A stretch of DNA of 63,560 bases, filler included, from Reticulomyxa filosa (Eukaryota; Protista; Foraminifera), in NCBI GenBank assembly GCA_000512085.1. It is 18 parts of 18 records of this genome, joined end to end, with 100 filler letters (N's around TTAATTAATTAA, not from the genome) between each part and the next. Parts side by side here need not be neighbours in the genome. Positions count along the whole stretch, not along the records: positions 37,536 to 40,445 come from ASPP01021015.1; positions 40,546 to 42,463 come from ASPP01024068.1; positions 42,564 to 50,150 come from ASPP01043618.1; positions 50,251 to 51,366 come from ASPP01021021.1; positions 51,467 to 53,086 come from ASPP01012732.1; 13 more parts are not named here. One strand, 5' to 3'. The stretch's first letter is position 1. Each line of letters begins with the position of its first letter. Below the pieces are notes generated by a model. That model saw nothing but the letters and a program-made list of their open reading frames with translations. It was not told where the DNA came from and searched no databases. Positions 38,757 through 51,489 of the stretch are shown here, piece after piece. Both the position numbers and the translations under genes were made by a program.

Positions 38757-38808
<52 letters not shown>

Positions 38809-39593
38809 ATTATTATTATTATTATTGTTATTACCATTGTTATTGTCGTGATCATTGTACAACAAGGGCTTGCCTTTGGTCTTTTTCGCTTGGACTTTGG
38901 CAAGCACGCGTGCCCTCTTTTTGGACAGCTGTTCGATTCTTTGTTCGTACAATTTTTTGTAGATTTTGCTTTGGGTTTCACTTTGACAGTTGGACGCATT
39001 CATGTACTGGAACAACGAACGGTGAGAGTCGTTGGCCCATTTCTCGTGGATCTTTATCGCAATCGGATTGGGGAGGATGCACGTCATTCCAAGCTTCCGA
39101 TTGTTTATTATACTGTATCGATACACATTCCCGTGCTGCGTTCCGACGAACAACTGCAGTGACGATCCATCCAAATACATGCAAGTGGGCTACCTTACGT
39201 GGCATACATTTTACAACATATTATACAAACTTTTTGTCATTTCTAACAAGTCTAAAAAAAAAAAAAAAAGGCAACATGTCACAATATAGTAACACAACAT
39301 TATTACATTGCATCCTTAACTAATTCGTCCATGTACACAAAATCAATCTCCCTATGAATGGATTTGACCATCAACGAGGCCGTCAGATGCTCGCTTTCAT
39401 GTTCGTCATTGTTATTACTTCCATTCTTCCCGTCATTTCCATATTTGTCTTCGGCTGTCAGTTGGTCTTTTTTTTTTAACAGTGTTTGCTTTGAAGCAGA
39501 CTGAGGGGATTGTGTAAGTTGATTTTTGTTGGTTTTCGCAGTGTTGAGGAGTGATATGTCTTTGTTTGCATTTGGTTTTTCTTTCTATTTTTA

Positions 39594-39663
<70 letters not shown>

Positions 39664-39765
39664 GTTATGATCGAGGATGCCGTTGTTTGTATCGATTGAA
39701 TCAAGTTCAAACTGCCACATTTGAATACAGCCAATGGCTTCAGAGACTGTGCGATGTGCTTTTTA

Positions 39766-39809
<44 letters not shown>

Positions 39810-40350
39810 GAAACTTGTGTTTTTTATATATCGACTGTAAAAAAAAAAAAACAAACACCTCTCCCTCATATCATATCTCGAACCTGCGATACTATGACCG
39901 GGCGGTATTGGAGACGAAATTTTAATGTGATACGAAGCAGGGGGTGTAGACGAGACGGACGTGGAGCCGCTGCCGTAAACGGCGCTTTTGAAACCAGAGG
40001 CCAGGCCGGCGTTGTCGTTTGTGGTATAGACGGGCGTGGACGAATGGGAGGAAAAGGATGCTTTGCGGACGCTGCCACTGCTCCCTGCGACATGAGAGCC
40101 CGTTACGACAACCCCTGCAGTCGTCGTTGCAGCTGTTGCTGCTACCGACGGGGCAGTCAGGTACAACATGTTGCGCTCTTCCTCTTTCATTTCGTTCAAC
40201 ATGCGTTGGCTCGATTGAATCACCTCCAAGTTCGGTGCGTACACTAACGACGAACTAATGTCGCTTAAGGGATGCTCCGCACTCACTGTCACAAACAAGT
40301 TGCTTCGGATCATGAACACGTCCAAATTCGCCATTGGCATTCCATTGCGA
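37640..40350 (-). CDS. Hypothetical multi-exon protein with beta-propeller-like segments and poly-N inserts, partial
   Basis: Exon-like ORFs with LQLFVGTQHGNVYRY and MLYVSDVQGNIHALDL (propeller-blade-like), separated by AT-rich introns. Confidence 0.45.
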
Positions 40351-40634
40351 TATTTCTATTTATTTGTTTATATTATATATATATATATATATATGCATAT
40401 ATGTGTTTATTGTATCAAAAAAAAAAAAAAAAAAAAAATCACAATNNNNNNNNNNNNNNNNNNNNNNNNNNNNNNNNNNNNNNNNNNNNTTAATTAATTA
40501 ANNNNNNNNNNNNNNNNNNNNNNNNNNNNNNNNNNNNNNNNNNNNTATATATATATATATATATATATACTTATTTGTATGTTTATACGTAGGCAGTATT
40601 TTTTCTCAAAATATAACAAACAGAAAAATACGTA

Positions 40635-42440
40635 ACTGTATCGAGTGTTTTTCTCTCTTAAATAGTTCATTCCTTCATTGTTTCGGAAAGGATTTCCCGG
40701 TCCACGCAATTCCATCTCACCAAACCCACGTTTGCATTGTAAGAATTGTTCGCACAAAAACCAAGACACACAAGACAATTCCTCTTCGATCAATTGCAGC
40801 GCCTCCAGTTTCATTGTTGCTGCGTGCTTTTCATTGGGATCATTGGATTTTAGTTTGTTTTCCACTAGAACCGCAAGACAAAAAAAGAATTTTTTTTTTT
40901 TAAAATTTTTAATTCGCTCTCCTCCCCCCCTCTTTCCTCTCTCCTATTCCTACGTACACATTTCCCTCCTTCCCTAACGAACATTCTTTGTACATGTCCT
41001 GAATGGACTGCACAAATTCTTTGCGTAAACACAATTGGCCAGCCAACTTTTTGAACGAGCCCAACACAAGCATTTGGTGGATGCCTTTGTTGGTCAAGCG
41101 CACCGCGGTGTGCGAGATCATTTGTCGGAGAACCTCTTCATCCGCGCTGACCACTTGCGTCAGCTCATAATCCGTAGGCGGAGTCCAATTGTTTTTCGGC
41201 ACCCACACTTGGCCAAAGTTCCTCGGCAACGAGTTATTGAATTCATGCAATGCCGGATCTTGTTTCGTTGCCACTGATTTCAATGTCGTTTGCAATGTAT
41301 GATCAGGCAAAAAGGGAAACGCCTCTTTCAAATCTTCGAGTATTACATGTTTTTCTGTCTGCAGATTCACAATATACAAATTCATGGTATACGTTCCATT
41401 ATTTTCCAATGCATCCAAACATTTTTTTTTTCCCCCCCCCCCCCCCCCCCCCTTTTCCTTTCCCTTTTTTTTTTTTTTAAAAAAAAAAAACAACAACACA
41501 AAACTGCTAAAGTTCGATAAATATGAACTTTCAATCGATTATTGACATATTTTTTCAAGTCAGGCGAGTTGGGATAAAAACTTTTTTTTTGGGCTGGATT
41601 TGGCCGACGACGTATAAACCATCGAGTTCACGTATGACAAAGCCGTGTGCGGAAGTGCGGACGACCAGAAACAGGTTTTGATCGACAGGATGAAGAGCGA
41701 CTGGTGCGATGCTGAGGTTGTTTTCCAATGCGGTGACTGCCTCACTTCGTCGTGGCGCTCCGTACAGCGGACAAGGCTCATTGGGAGCCAACACTTTGAC
41801 GGCACCGTCTTTGCAATCAATGTCCACTTCATAGTCTTCGTTGGCGTGTTCTTCATACGTTTGGCGATAGAACGTGATCATCTTGGATGTCATTCCTGCA
41901 CTTTGCATTATCAACGGGTACTGCTCCAAGTACTCCAATAAGATCACCCGATCAGTCGCCGCGCTCAACTCTTCAAAATTTGGGGGGATATATAAACAAT
42001 GCTCGCTGTCCAATTCTTTTCGATTGTTTTTCTTTGATGGCTTTTTTTTTTTTAAAAACAAAACAAAAAAAAAAATAACACACTAAATTATTTATCTATA
42101 TACATACAATAGTCTGTATATACCTTATTTGTATATGTACATAGTATGTGTGTATATCGCAGTAGATATAAACTTCGATCATTTTGGGGAGAATGGTGAA
42201 ACTGGACAGTTCGACAAACGGTCGATGCAAAGTGAGCCACTCTTGTGGAGTTTGATGGATTGGGAAAATTTCAGGATGCAATGAATTGGCCATTGACGTG
42301 TGCAAATTACGTTTTAAACCTTCAGATATGTCTGGAAATACGTAATTCTGGTCATTCGACAGATTGAACATTTCCAAGTTCAATTCGTGCAGATTTTGTT
42401 CTGCATTTAATGTTTCCCCTTCCACATATCCTAATTTTTT
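40635..42440 (-). CDS. TAF1: TFIID subunit 1, central DUF3591 region, partial and spliced
   Basis: FNLSND, LHRP, ELSAATDRVILLEYLEQYPLIMQSAGM, LENNLSIAPVALH, LYVVGQIQP and LRGPGNPFRNNEGMNYLR match successive TAF1 motifs. Confidence 0.85.
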
Positions 42441-45232
42441 TCATCCATGATTTTTTTTTTTTTNNNNNNNNNNNNNNNNNNNNNNNNNNNNNNNNNNNNN
42501 NNNNNNNTTAATTAATTAANNNNNNNNNNNNNNNNNNNNNNNNNNNNNNNNNNNNNNNNNNNNGTTATGTATTGGATTATATAACGCAACACTTCGTCTG
42601 TATTTGTTAATGTAAGTGTTCTTTCCAAGTAATAATATTTCGGTGCTATTCAATGCTTGAACTTCAAAGTTACACATTTTAAAAGTTCAAATAATTCAAT
42701 GAGCTGCAGTGGAAAAACAAATCTAGAAAAAATTACAGTAATAAAACAAAGAAAAAGACTCAATTTTTGTCTTGCATTGAATAAATATTCAAAAGTTGTA
42801 CACTTTTTTTTTTCAATACTGTGATTTTCATTTTCGAAAAGGAGCGATATAGTAAGTGTGCTTAAGTAGAGAAACTGCAAATGAAACACCAAAATATATA
42901 TCTAAAATATAATATCTAATCTTTGAACATGTTTCCATTTTTAAACAGTCAGAATTTTTCTGTTAGCTCGGCAACTTCAAGCAAGAATGAACAAGTTTAT
43001 GTTTTATATTAATAATTAATTAAGTACATTATTATATTTTGATATATTTATACGCTCTTTCGTTTCAATATATCAATCTTTTTTTTATAAACAATGTTTT
43101 ACATTTAAACTATGGAATCACGAGATAGATAAACCAGAATTGATACCACAAACAAAAGATAAAATTAATGATAGTCACAGCTATTACGTAAATGATGAAC
43201 TGGAAAACATAATCAAAAAATTACCATAGTGTTGCACAGGTACGGATGTCCCTTTCAATATATATATGCTAATCTGGTTGTCATAAGATATATACCAAAG
43301 TAGTGATGATATAGTATGTATGAAAGCCATTGTTAGCACTTGATAAAATGAGCTGTTTTTACCAATATCTTTTGATTGAGTTGCAAACTAAGCTCTTTAG
43401 ATTAATCCAGAGTTTTAGATTTTGCTTGATTTTAATGATTTGATTTAATAGACTTGTCAGCTGTGTCAATGTATTACAAACTTTTTTAGAGTTAAAAAAT
43501 GAAAAGAAAATGATTCAACTCGCTTTTAACAGCACACACAATATATTCTTAGCCTTTGTTTAATAGTTTTTTTTCTCAAACCTGAAAGTAAAGATAGTTT
43601 TTGGATTCTAAAACTTGTATTGTGTTATTTAATGGCACGGTAGAAGACTTCTGTGTTAGTTGCTCGGACAATTGATGATTCCCTTTACATTAACACTTCG
43701 CTTGTAACCAAACTTGAAGTGAGGTTCCTTGTACAAAGACGACTGCAAAAATGTTATTTTCATACAAAATGAAATCAGGAAATATGCGTCAACAATTAGA
43801 TTTATATACAAGTGTGCAATTTGTTCAGTTTTGTCTGTTCGACATTATTGATTTACGATCTATTGGACAAAAATATTAAATATCAAGTCCAAGTAGTGGA
43901 CTTCATTTATTCAGAATCAATTATTTGTTGATGATTGAAAGAAATAGATGCGCAATGTAAAATAGTTTGAGTGATGTTCCTTGAGTTATGGATCAGCAAA
44001 AGTCTTCCAATAAAAGAAACTTTGTTTATCATTTTCACTTCAAATGGAACTGCGATAGTGATATCACTACTCGTTTAAATGCCAAATCGCCATTAATAAA
44101 CTGACGTTCTGTTTTTCTCCACCAAAAAATATTCCAACGCTTTGTAAAATGCTGAAAGTAGTTCAATGCAATTTGTTCTAACACTTGTAAAATTACTTCT
44201 ATTTTTTATACTACTTTTTGATTAAATAAAAGTACAAACATTTCGGATACTGAAAAAAAAATCGAACACACGCTAGAACATAGTGTTCTTGTTTTTTATT
44301 TTGCACTGTTTAGACTCTTTTTTTGGAGAAAAAGTCCTGTCAATAGAAACAATTATCTTTACATTCGTCTTAACGTGAATATAAAGATCATTTCAAGACC
44401 GAAACGTGTTGTTGAAGACTATATTATCATTTATCATTTTTATCATTCGTCATTTTTATTATTATCAACGTGTTTGATCAATTTTTACAACTTGTCACAA
44501 TCGAATGCTATCATGAGTTGGAAAAAATTATTGATGATCATATGCCAATTACCAAATGGTCGCGAAGATTTGTATTATTTTTCTAATTCAAGACAATGCC
44601 CACAAACAGCACTGACAATTCAGTTAAAAAAAAATCTACAAGACTTTTTTATTTTAAAAGAGTTTATATGATATGTGAATACCTAGTTATTCATCACAAC
44701 ATGTAAACTACAGCACACAAACAAAAATGAACTCCAACATATACATACAGTGTGCACAATGTGGAGTATAATATATTTTTGTTGTTGTTGTCAGTGTTGA
44801 GTTTATTTGCAACTGTAAGCAAGTTACAATTTAACTTTAACACTTTTAAAAAAAAAATGCCGGTACATACAAAAATGCATGTACGAAAAGAATGAGGGGA
44901 AAACAAATCATAGAATTGACGTACATGTCTACTTTCAATTAAATTCCCCTTTATACACTATTTAAAAAATAAAATAAAAATATGATGGGATTGGCTGTGA
45001 TATATGATTGTATCATATAAGAAAACTCACAACAACTTAAAAAAAAAAAAAATCCAAAAAAGATATCACTACAAAAAAAAAACAAAATCAAACAATGAAA
45101 ACTTTTTTTTTATGTAATAGTATCCGGACGCTGGTGACGTGATGTGCTTATCATAAAGCATTGGACGATATCGTGACTATGGAATGAAATTTGTAACGAA
45201 TGTGACGGCAATTGAATAGATAAAAGAAGATT

Positions 45233-45903
45233 GGGGAAGTGGACAAAAGGAAATATGAATATGAAAAAAAGAAAAAGAAAGAAAAGAAAAAGAAAGAAAG
45301 AAAAAATATGAATGTTGAAGATAGTGAGCGGAGGTATTCCTTTGTGGGCGCAGAAAGATCTACCAGTGATATAGAGAAAAAGTATGTTATATAGTAACTC
45401 TTTTTTTTTTGTCCCTCCGTGTACTAAAATAACTAGAAAGTTAAAAAAAAAAATCAGTGTGATTGGAGGATGGAGCATACGACCCCAAAAGTTTTTTAAT
45501 ATGGTGTCTCCACAGGCTTGCAACAATGTTTCACCTCCCTCCCAATTATTGCAACACTCCTACAATTTTTAAGTGGTGTCTCCACTTTGGGTACCACTCA
45601 CACCACGTTCCTTTCACACTGTTTTTTTTTTTACTCACTAGCATTCTCTCTATATCTTTATATTTATATTTTAATACACATCTTGGGGACAAAAAAACTT
45701 CGACAACAAACAATAACAAAAAGGCTATCTGTTTATGATAACATCCACTCATCTTTTTTTATTTTATTGTTTCGTTGTCGGTGTATTATTTTGTGATTGG
45801 GGTTTCTGCACTCCAATGCTATCTTCTTCATTCACACCTCCCTTTCATTCTTATTCTTTCCCTCCTTTTTTTTCCCCATATCCATATCTCCTTTTCCACT
45901 CCC
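45233..45903 (-). other. Long imperfect fold-back (arms 45233-45491 and 45585-45903); candidate structured RNA or 3' UTR hairpin
   Basis: Collinear complementary blocks whose differences are mostly A/G and C/T in the direction that gives G.U pairs on the minus strand. Confidence 0.55.
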
Positions 45904-46088
45904 ACGAATATACCATAGGTTGTCGTTCGTTCGTGCATTTGACATTAGGCATTGCTGTCAAGCTTCGCTATATCTTATTGGCTACGTACTCCTTCAGACT
46001 CCATCATTTCAAGTACGTAGCCTCCAATCATATCTATTCTTCATATTTATCTTTAATCACATCTTCTTCCACTTATTCTTTACGATGT

Positions 46089-48338
46089 TTATTTTTTGTG
46101 TCTTTTTCTTTTTTTTTCTTGTAGTTTTCTTTTTTCAGATTCCCTTTGAATGAAGCTTTTCCACGTTCTATTTGTTTTGTGTTGTAATAATATTGATTTG
46201 TGTTTAAACATTATATGCACATGTTACAAATAGAAAGAGACAAAGTAAAACTTGTCAATATCGTCGTCAGTTGTCATCTGATTGCAAATCCATTCGAACG
46301 TTTTATTGGAATCCAAGTAATCTCGAACGTCGTCCGCATTTTCCAGTGTAGTTAATAACACTGGCAATAATTGCAATAACTATTTAATACAAGTTAAGTT
46401 TTAATTTATATTTTGTATTTGATTATAACACATGTCTACATACAAATAAAAAAAATAAAAAATAGTGTTTACGTTACCTGTAAGTCGTCATTGGCTCCAT
46501 TATATTTCCCAATACAAATTGAATTATTTGGGAATGGGTCGCAATTCCATCTTCCGTCGTCGACTAATATGACTCGATCCAAAGGCCATCCTAATTTTCC
46601 AATATCCTATTTATTTTTATAATAATATTATTATCATTAGTTATATATATTATATTTGTATAAATTAAAACTTTATAATATGACGACTTGTCGATTTGAG
46701 TCAATGAATCACGGAACAGTCTATATGATATTCTGCTGTTCTTGTCGACAATATCCAATGCTCGATTGGCGTAGTCTGCTGTGCCTGCAGTAAATACTAT
46801 TATATGATAGTATTTACTGCATCCATCCAGAAAATCTTCCAAGAATGGCCTCGCCTTTACATTGTATTTATAAACTTGGCCTTTCTCTACGCATTCAAAG
46901 CTGCCCGTTGGATTCTCCATTTTCTGTTCGTATGTCAAATGATTTTTTGCTTATTTACACACACTCTTTTGACAAATATAAAACAAATATATTAAATTAT
47001 ATTATATTTATATAATGCTACAAAGACTGAACTTCTTCAGTGGCAAGAAGTAGAGTATTATCCATATCCAGCACTAACAACTTTTTCTTATCTGTGGGTT
47101 TCAGATGCCCTAGACTGATTTTCACTTCGTTTGCTTCTTCTTGTTCCGCTTGTTCATCTTCGTCTTTGGATTGCGATTGTGGCTCTACTTCTAGATCTGG
47201 CTCTGTTTCAGTTTTCAACTCTGGCTCTGGATCTGTCTTTGTCTCAAGTTCTTGTGGTGCTGATGCAGTCTATATACAAATTAGGTATTCACAACAATAT
47301 ATAGTTAATTGACATTCAAACATACAAAAAAAAAAAAGAGAACAAAAACATACAGCCGATTGTTGAAATGTCATAAATTCAGGCCACTTTGGCAAGGACC
47401 ATTGTAATGAAAATAATGGCATTGCATTCTTTTTACTCGCGATCTGTTATTATTTAGTGGAGCATTTTGCAAATAAATACAATTACAAATTTGGTTTATT
47501 GATAGTTGACATCATTGTGATCGAAACGAATTGAACACAAAAAATAAATACAAAAGTAGGCAAAACTTTTGACTTCTTCGCTGGTGGCTCACTTCGATTT
47601 ACCACAGGCATTTCTTCTTGTTGGGCTTCACTAAGGCTCCGCTTTTTACAACGAGCCTCTTTTGCTTGGGATTGATCCTCCTGCTGCTGTGCACGTTGCT
47701 CCTGCTGGGCTGCTTCCTCTTTCACTTCGATTCCCACCTATCATTAATTTGTCATCATTTATCATTGTTTATCAATTCATACCGCTGATATTACCAACAA
47801 AGAATGCATATATATATAACACGAATTATTGCATTGCTTACTTTTGTCCAATTATATGGTATCAGTGATGATATACAATTTCCTACTAGCTGAAACATCG
47901 AGTCGATCTATTTATTTGATTTGCCACAGACATTAGCATTGTTATTGGTATTTAAAGTTTGTATTGTGTTATATACTCTTGATCTCTTTGAAGGCGGCCC
48001 AGCCATATCAGATTCACGCCTGCGCTTATGGCCGGCTATTTGTCCTGTTATTTATTTGCACGTGCATACTTATGCAATGCTTCAGCAACATGTGCAAGAA
48101 AAATGTGAAGAAAAAAAAAATTCAAAAGATTCTCGAAGTTGGATTTGCAGAATAGAATTAAAGAAGAAAATGTATTGTTTTGTTTTTTGCTTGCGTTCAA
48201 AGAGTCAGTTCTTTTGCTCCCCCCCTGCACCTAGGTTTTTTTGATTTTGTTGCTTGCTTGTGAATAGAATACATACTTGTATTGCCTGTTCCGGTAGTTG
48301 AGGTATCCTCAACATTCTCCATCTTCTTTTCTTCCATT
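46089..48338 (-). CDS. FCP1/SCP (NIF-domain) HAD phosphatase, multi-exon
   Basis: KKLLVLDMDNTLL (DxDxT), KARPFLEDFL, IIVFTAGTADYA, RLFRD, KDIGKLGWPLDRVILVDD, DDVRDYL. Terminal exon boundaries are inferred. Confidence 0.85.
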
Positions 48339-48669
48339 TTGTTTCTTTTCAAATAATTGTATTGAAATATCTCTGTCACTGTTGTCTATTTTTTTTTGGA
48401 GACATAATGAAAAAACGACTTTCATACAAACTACAACAGGAACAAAAGATTGACTCAATACAAGATTGTCCAACCGTGGGTGAACGCAACGGTGATTGAT
48501 ATTTCAGCATGCTTATTATGTAATAAGATTGCAAAATAATTTGTAATTTTTTTTTTATATCCCGAAAAATATTACTATTAACGAATAAAATTGAAATTCA
48601 ATAAAAAGCCCGACAACATGCTAGATTGTACCACTTGTTAGAAATTGAAAATTGATAGTATATTTGAGC

Positions 48670-49645
48670 AAAATGGATGATCCTTCAGTGAATTATGCTC
48701 AAGATCGCTTTTGAGGAAACCAGATGTCGAGAAAATATTAACAAAGATGGATACAAACAAAAAAGATCACATTTATTTCAATGATAGATTGAAAGGAGAA
48801 AACTTGACAAAAGTAAGTGAAAATATGCCATTGGTGGAAAGATTTTCAGTCCAAATTGAAAAAGATACATTAATGGTTTAATATTGATGGATGCTTTGGA
48901 GAAAACCGCCAGTCAATCAAAAAGACCAACAAAGAAACCATTCCATATGCCAGTCAGCGGTGTTTATAACCATTAAAGAAATGGATGATGTGATCACTGG
49001 GCATATTGAACAATGAACAATTCCCCATTGGTGTCACTGTTCGTTTTTATCCAACGAACACAACTGGCAAAGCATTTTCTATTGAAATGCACTGCAAAAC
49101 AGTCGAAGCTAGTGACAACGTAGGTGTGAACTTGAAAAAAGAAATATGCCACACTGGTGATATGATGTGCATTGATGACCCTACTTTAGATCCTAATCCA
49201 CCAAAACAAGTAATCAAATGTGGTGATTTGGTATTTGTTCAAGATCATCCAGGACAATTGAAAGCTACAGCTAATGATGGAAAAGACAGCTATAAAGGAG
49301 AATTTACCCCATCGATTCATATTCGAACTGCTAAAGCTCATTTGTCAAATATTGGAAATCAAATGGAAAATAAGCAAAGCAACAAACGATGCAAAAATTG
49401 AGGACGCCACTTTCACTGAGTCTGGTAACCAAGCCGAAGTCATATTTGCTACAAAAATGATATCAGTCATGACCTCCTTTGATGAGTGCAAACCATTTGG
49501 TATGTCTAAAAAAAATTTTTCAAATGATAATAATAATAATAATTTTTATTGTATTGTATTGTTATAGGACGAATGGCCGTCATGGACTTGAAAATATTAT
49601 TGCATTTCCTGGGAAATGGGCTGTTACAAAGGAAGCAAATGAATG
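48670..49645 (+). pseudogene. EFL: Elongation factor-like (EFL) GTPase pseudogene, C-terminal two thirds
   Basis: KMDDPSVNYAQDRF, KPFHMPVSGVY, DVITGHIEQ, GKAFSIEMH, DNVGVN, VFVQDHPGQLK, FTPSIHIRTAKA, PF|GRMAVMD. Multiple stops and frameshifts; one intron retained (about 49500-49566). Confidence 0.85.
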
Positions 49646-50372
49646 AAATTACCATATAGCATATCAATCACTTTGGTCTGTTATGTTTCTTGTCTTACTC
49701 TCTTTTAATATTGTTCGCGAATTTGAATAGAATTGAATTTTGTGCGTTTGTCCTCACTCTACCTGATTTCAAAAATATGTCATTTACATTGTCGATTGTT
49801 ATTCCAGCTGTATTTTCATTGACATTAGCATTAGTTGTGATCACAAAACAATGTCTCTGTGAAAAGTGATACAAATAACGGCCTTGCAAGAGATCATAAC
49901 ATGTTATATTTGTGTTGTTCTTAACTCGACAACTCCTTTATTGATATCTTTTCCACTTGTTTCATCGATTTATGCAAACAAGCATTTTCAGTTTTATTAG
50001 AAAATAATTGCTTTTGTGAAACTCTTGTCTTTGTTTATACTACTTTCGCTCATTTCATCATGAGCCGTTGTTATTTGAGTGCCTTGTTTGATTGTAATGT
50101 TTGAAGTGGAACCATCATCATGTCAGAGTATGTTGTCTTATTCGTTGTTTNNNNNNNNNNNNNNNNNNNNNNNNNNNNNNNNNNNNNNNNNNNNTTAATT
50201 AATTAANNNNNNNNNNNNNNNNNNNNNNNNNNNNNNNNNNNNNNNNNNNNAACTTTCACTTTTTTTTTTTTTAATTGTCAGTAAATCTTTTCAATAAATA
50301 CTTGTTTTAGCCGTTCTCCCTTGTGAGACCCTTTTTTTTTTTTTTTTAGAAATTTAATAGAATAGTCGGAGG

Positions 50373-50983
50373 ATGTCGATAATAAATGATCCAACAGCTA
50401 AATTGGAAGAAAAATATCTCTCAGCAGAATTCTTTGCCACTATTTTCAAGAAGCAGCTTCGTAGTAAATTGAAGGATTTTGTCCCTAGTGGCCATCCAGT
50501 GGACGAAAATTTGGTTGACGTGAGTGATCAATCTTTTTTTTTTTTTCCCTTCTCTTTTTTTAAAAATAAAAATGAAAGTATGAAGAAAATGCGAACCCCC
50601 CCAAAAAAAAAAAAAAAAGTCGTGACATTGATTGTCGGAAGCGGTCGAGAGAAGAAAGAATTAGTGAGTGATTTGGAAGAATTCTTTGGACGTCGAAAGT
50701 CAATAAATTTTGTGGAATGGGTGTGGGAGACACTAAATCCAATAATCCAAAGTTATAAAGATAAGCAGAGGAAGCATAGTGACAAGGCCAACAAGTTCCC
50801 TACAAAGGATGAAAAAGGAGAAGAAGAGGAAGAAGAAGAAGCAGAAGAGGAAGAGCAAGAAACAGAAGATGACAACAACAACAATGAAGGAAACAATAAA
50901 AATGAAACAGAGAAAGAAACAACGAAAAGTTACAATAATAATAATAATAATAATGCTAATAATAATAATACTAATAATAATAA

Positions 50984-51018
<35 letters not shown>

Positions 51019-51210
51019 ATAATAATAACAATAACAATAACAATAACAATAAAACAATAAACAAAAACGATCATGTTAATGACAATTCCGATGACAAAAA
51101 AAAAAATTCAAACACTCAAACTAAGCTTGGCCACGACGAAACGAGACCTGATGTCATTGTCATAAAAGAAGCTCATCCATCTTTTTCCAATTCTGGCCAT
51201 TTTCCCAAGA
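50373..51210 (+). CDS. PWI-like domain protein, N-terminal part
   Basis: After removing a short intron: LRSKLKDF...DENLVD..VTLIVGSGREKKELVSDLEEFFGRRKSINFVEWVWETL, followed by acidic and Asn-rich tracts. Confidence 0.7.
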
Positions 51211-51324
51211 GTTGTGTTATTGCTTATTATTAATACTTTTTTTTTTGTTTTGTTTTATCCTTTTTGTAAATCTAATCTCGCTTTGTCGCTGTCATGTTTT
51301 AAATCACACAGAGTCTTACAAATG

Positions 51325-51366
<42 letters not shown>

Positions 51367-51489
51367 NNNNNNNNNNNNNNNNNNNNNNNNNNNNNNNNNN
51401 NNNNNNNNNNTTAATTAATTAANNNNNNNNNNNNNNNNNNNNNNNNNNNNNNNNNNNNNNNNNNNNAATAATAATAATAATAATAAATC

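Noticed and set aside
38470-39925. ORFs with poly-Ile or poly-Leu runs as membrane proteins (also 12896-13228 and 50733-51074)
   Set aside because: They are alternative-frame readings of (AAT)n microsatellites that encode poly-Asn or lie in introns.
42564-44690. Possible gene remnants in AT-rich stretches (also 4740-6100, 36436-37435 and 57030-57660)
   Set aside because: Only short interrupted ORFs with no motif I can recognise.
45502-45585. Two-copy direct repeat as a mini CRISPR array
   Set aside because: Only 12 bp and two copies, in eukaryotic DNA with no cas genes.
45050-46140. Extending the fold-back outward to about 1.1 kb
   Set aside because: The outer matches are A-rich, and the right side overlaps a probable last coding exon of the phosphatase, so they may be chance.
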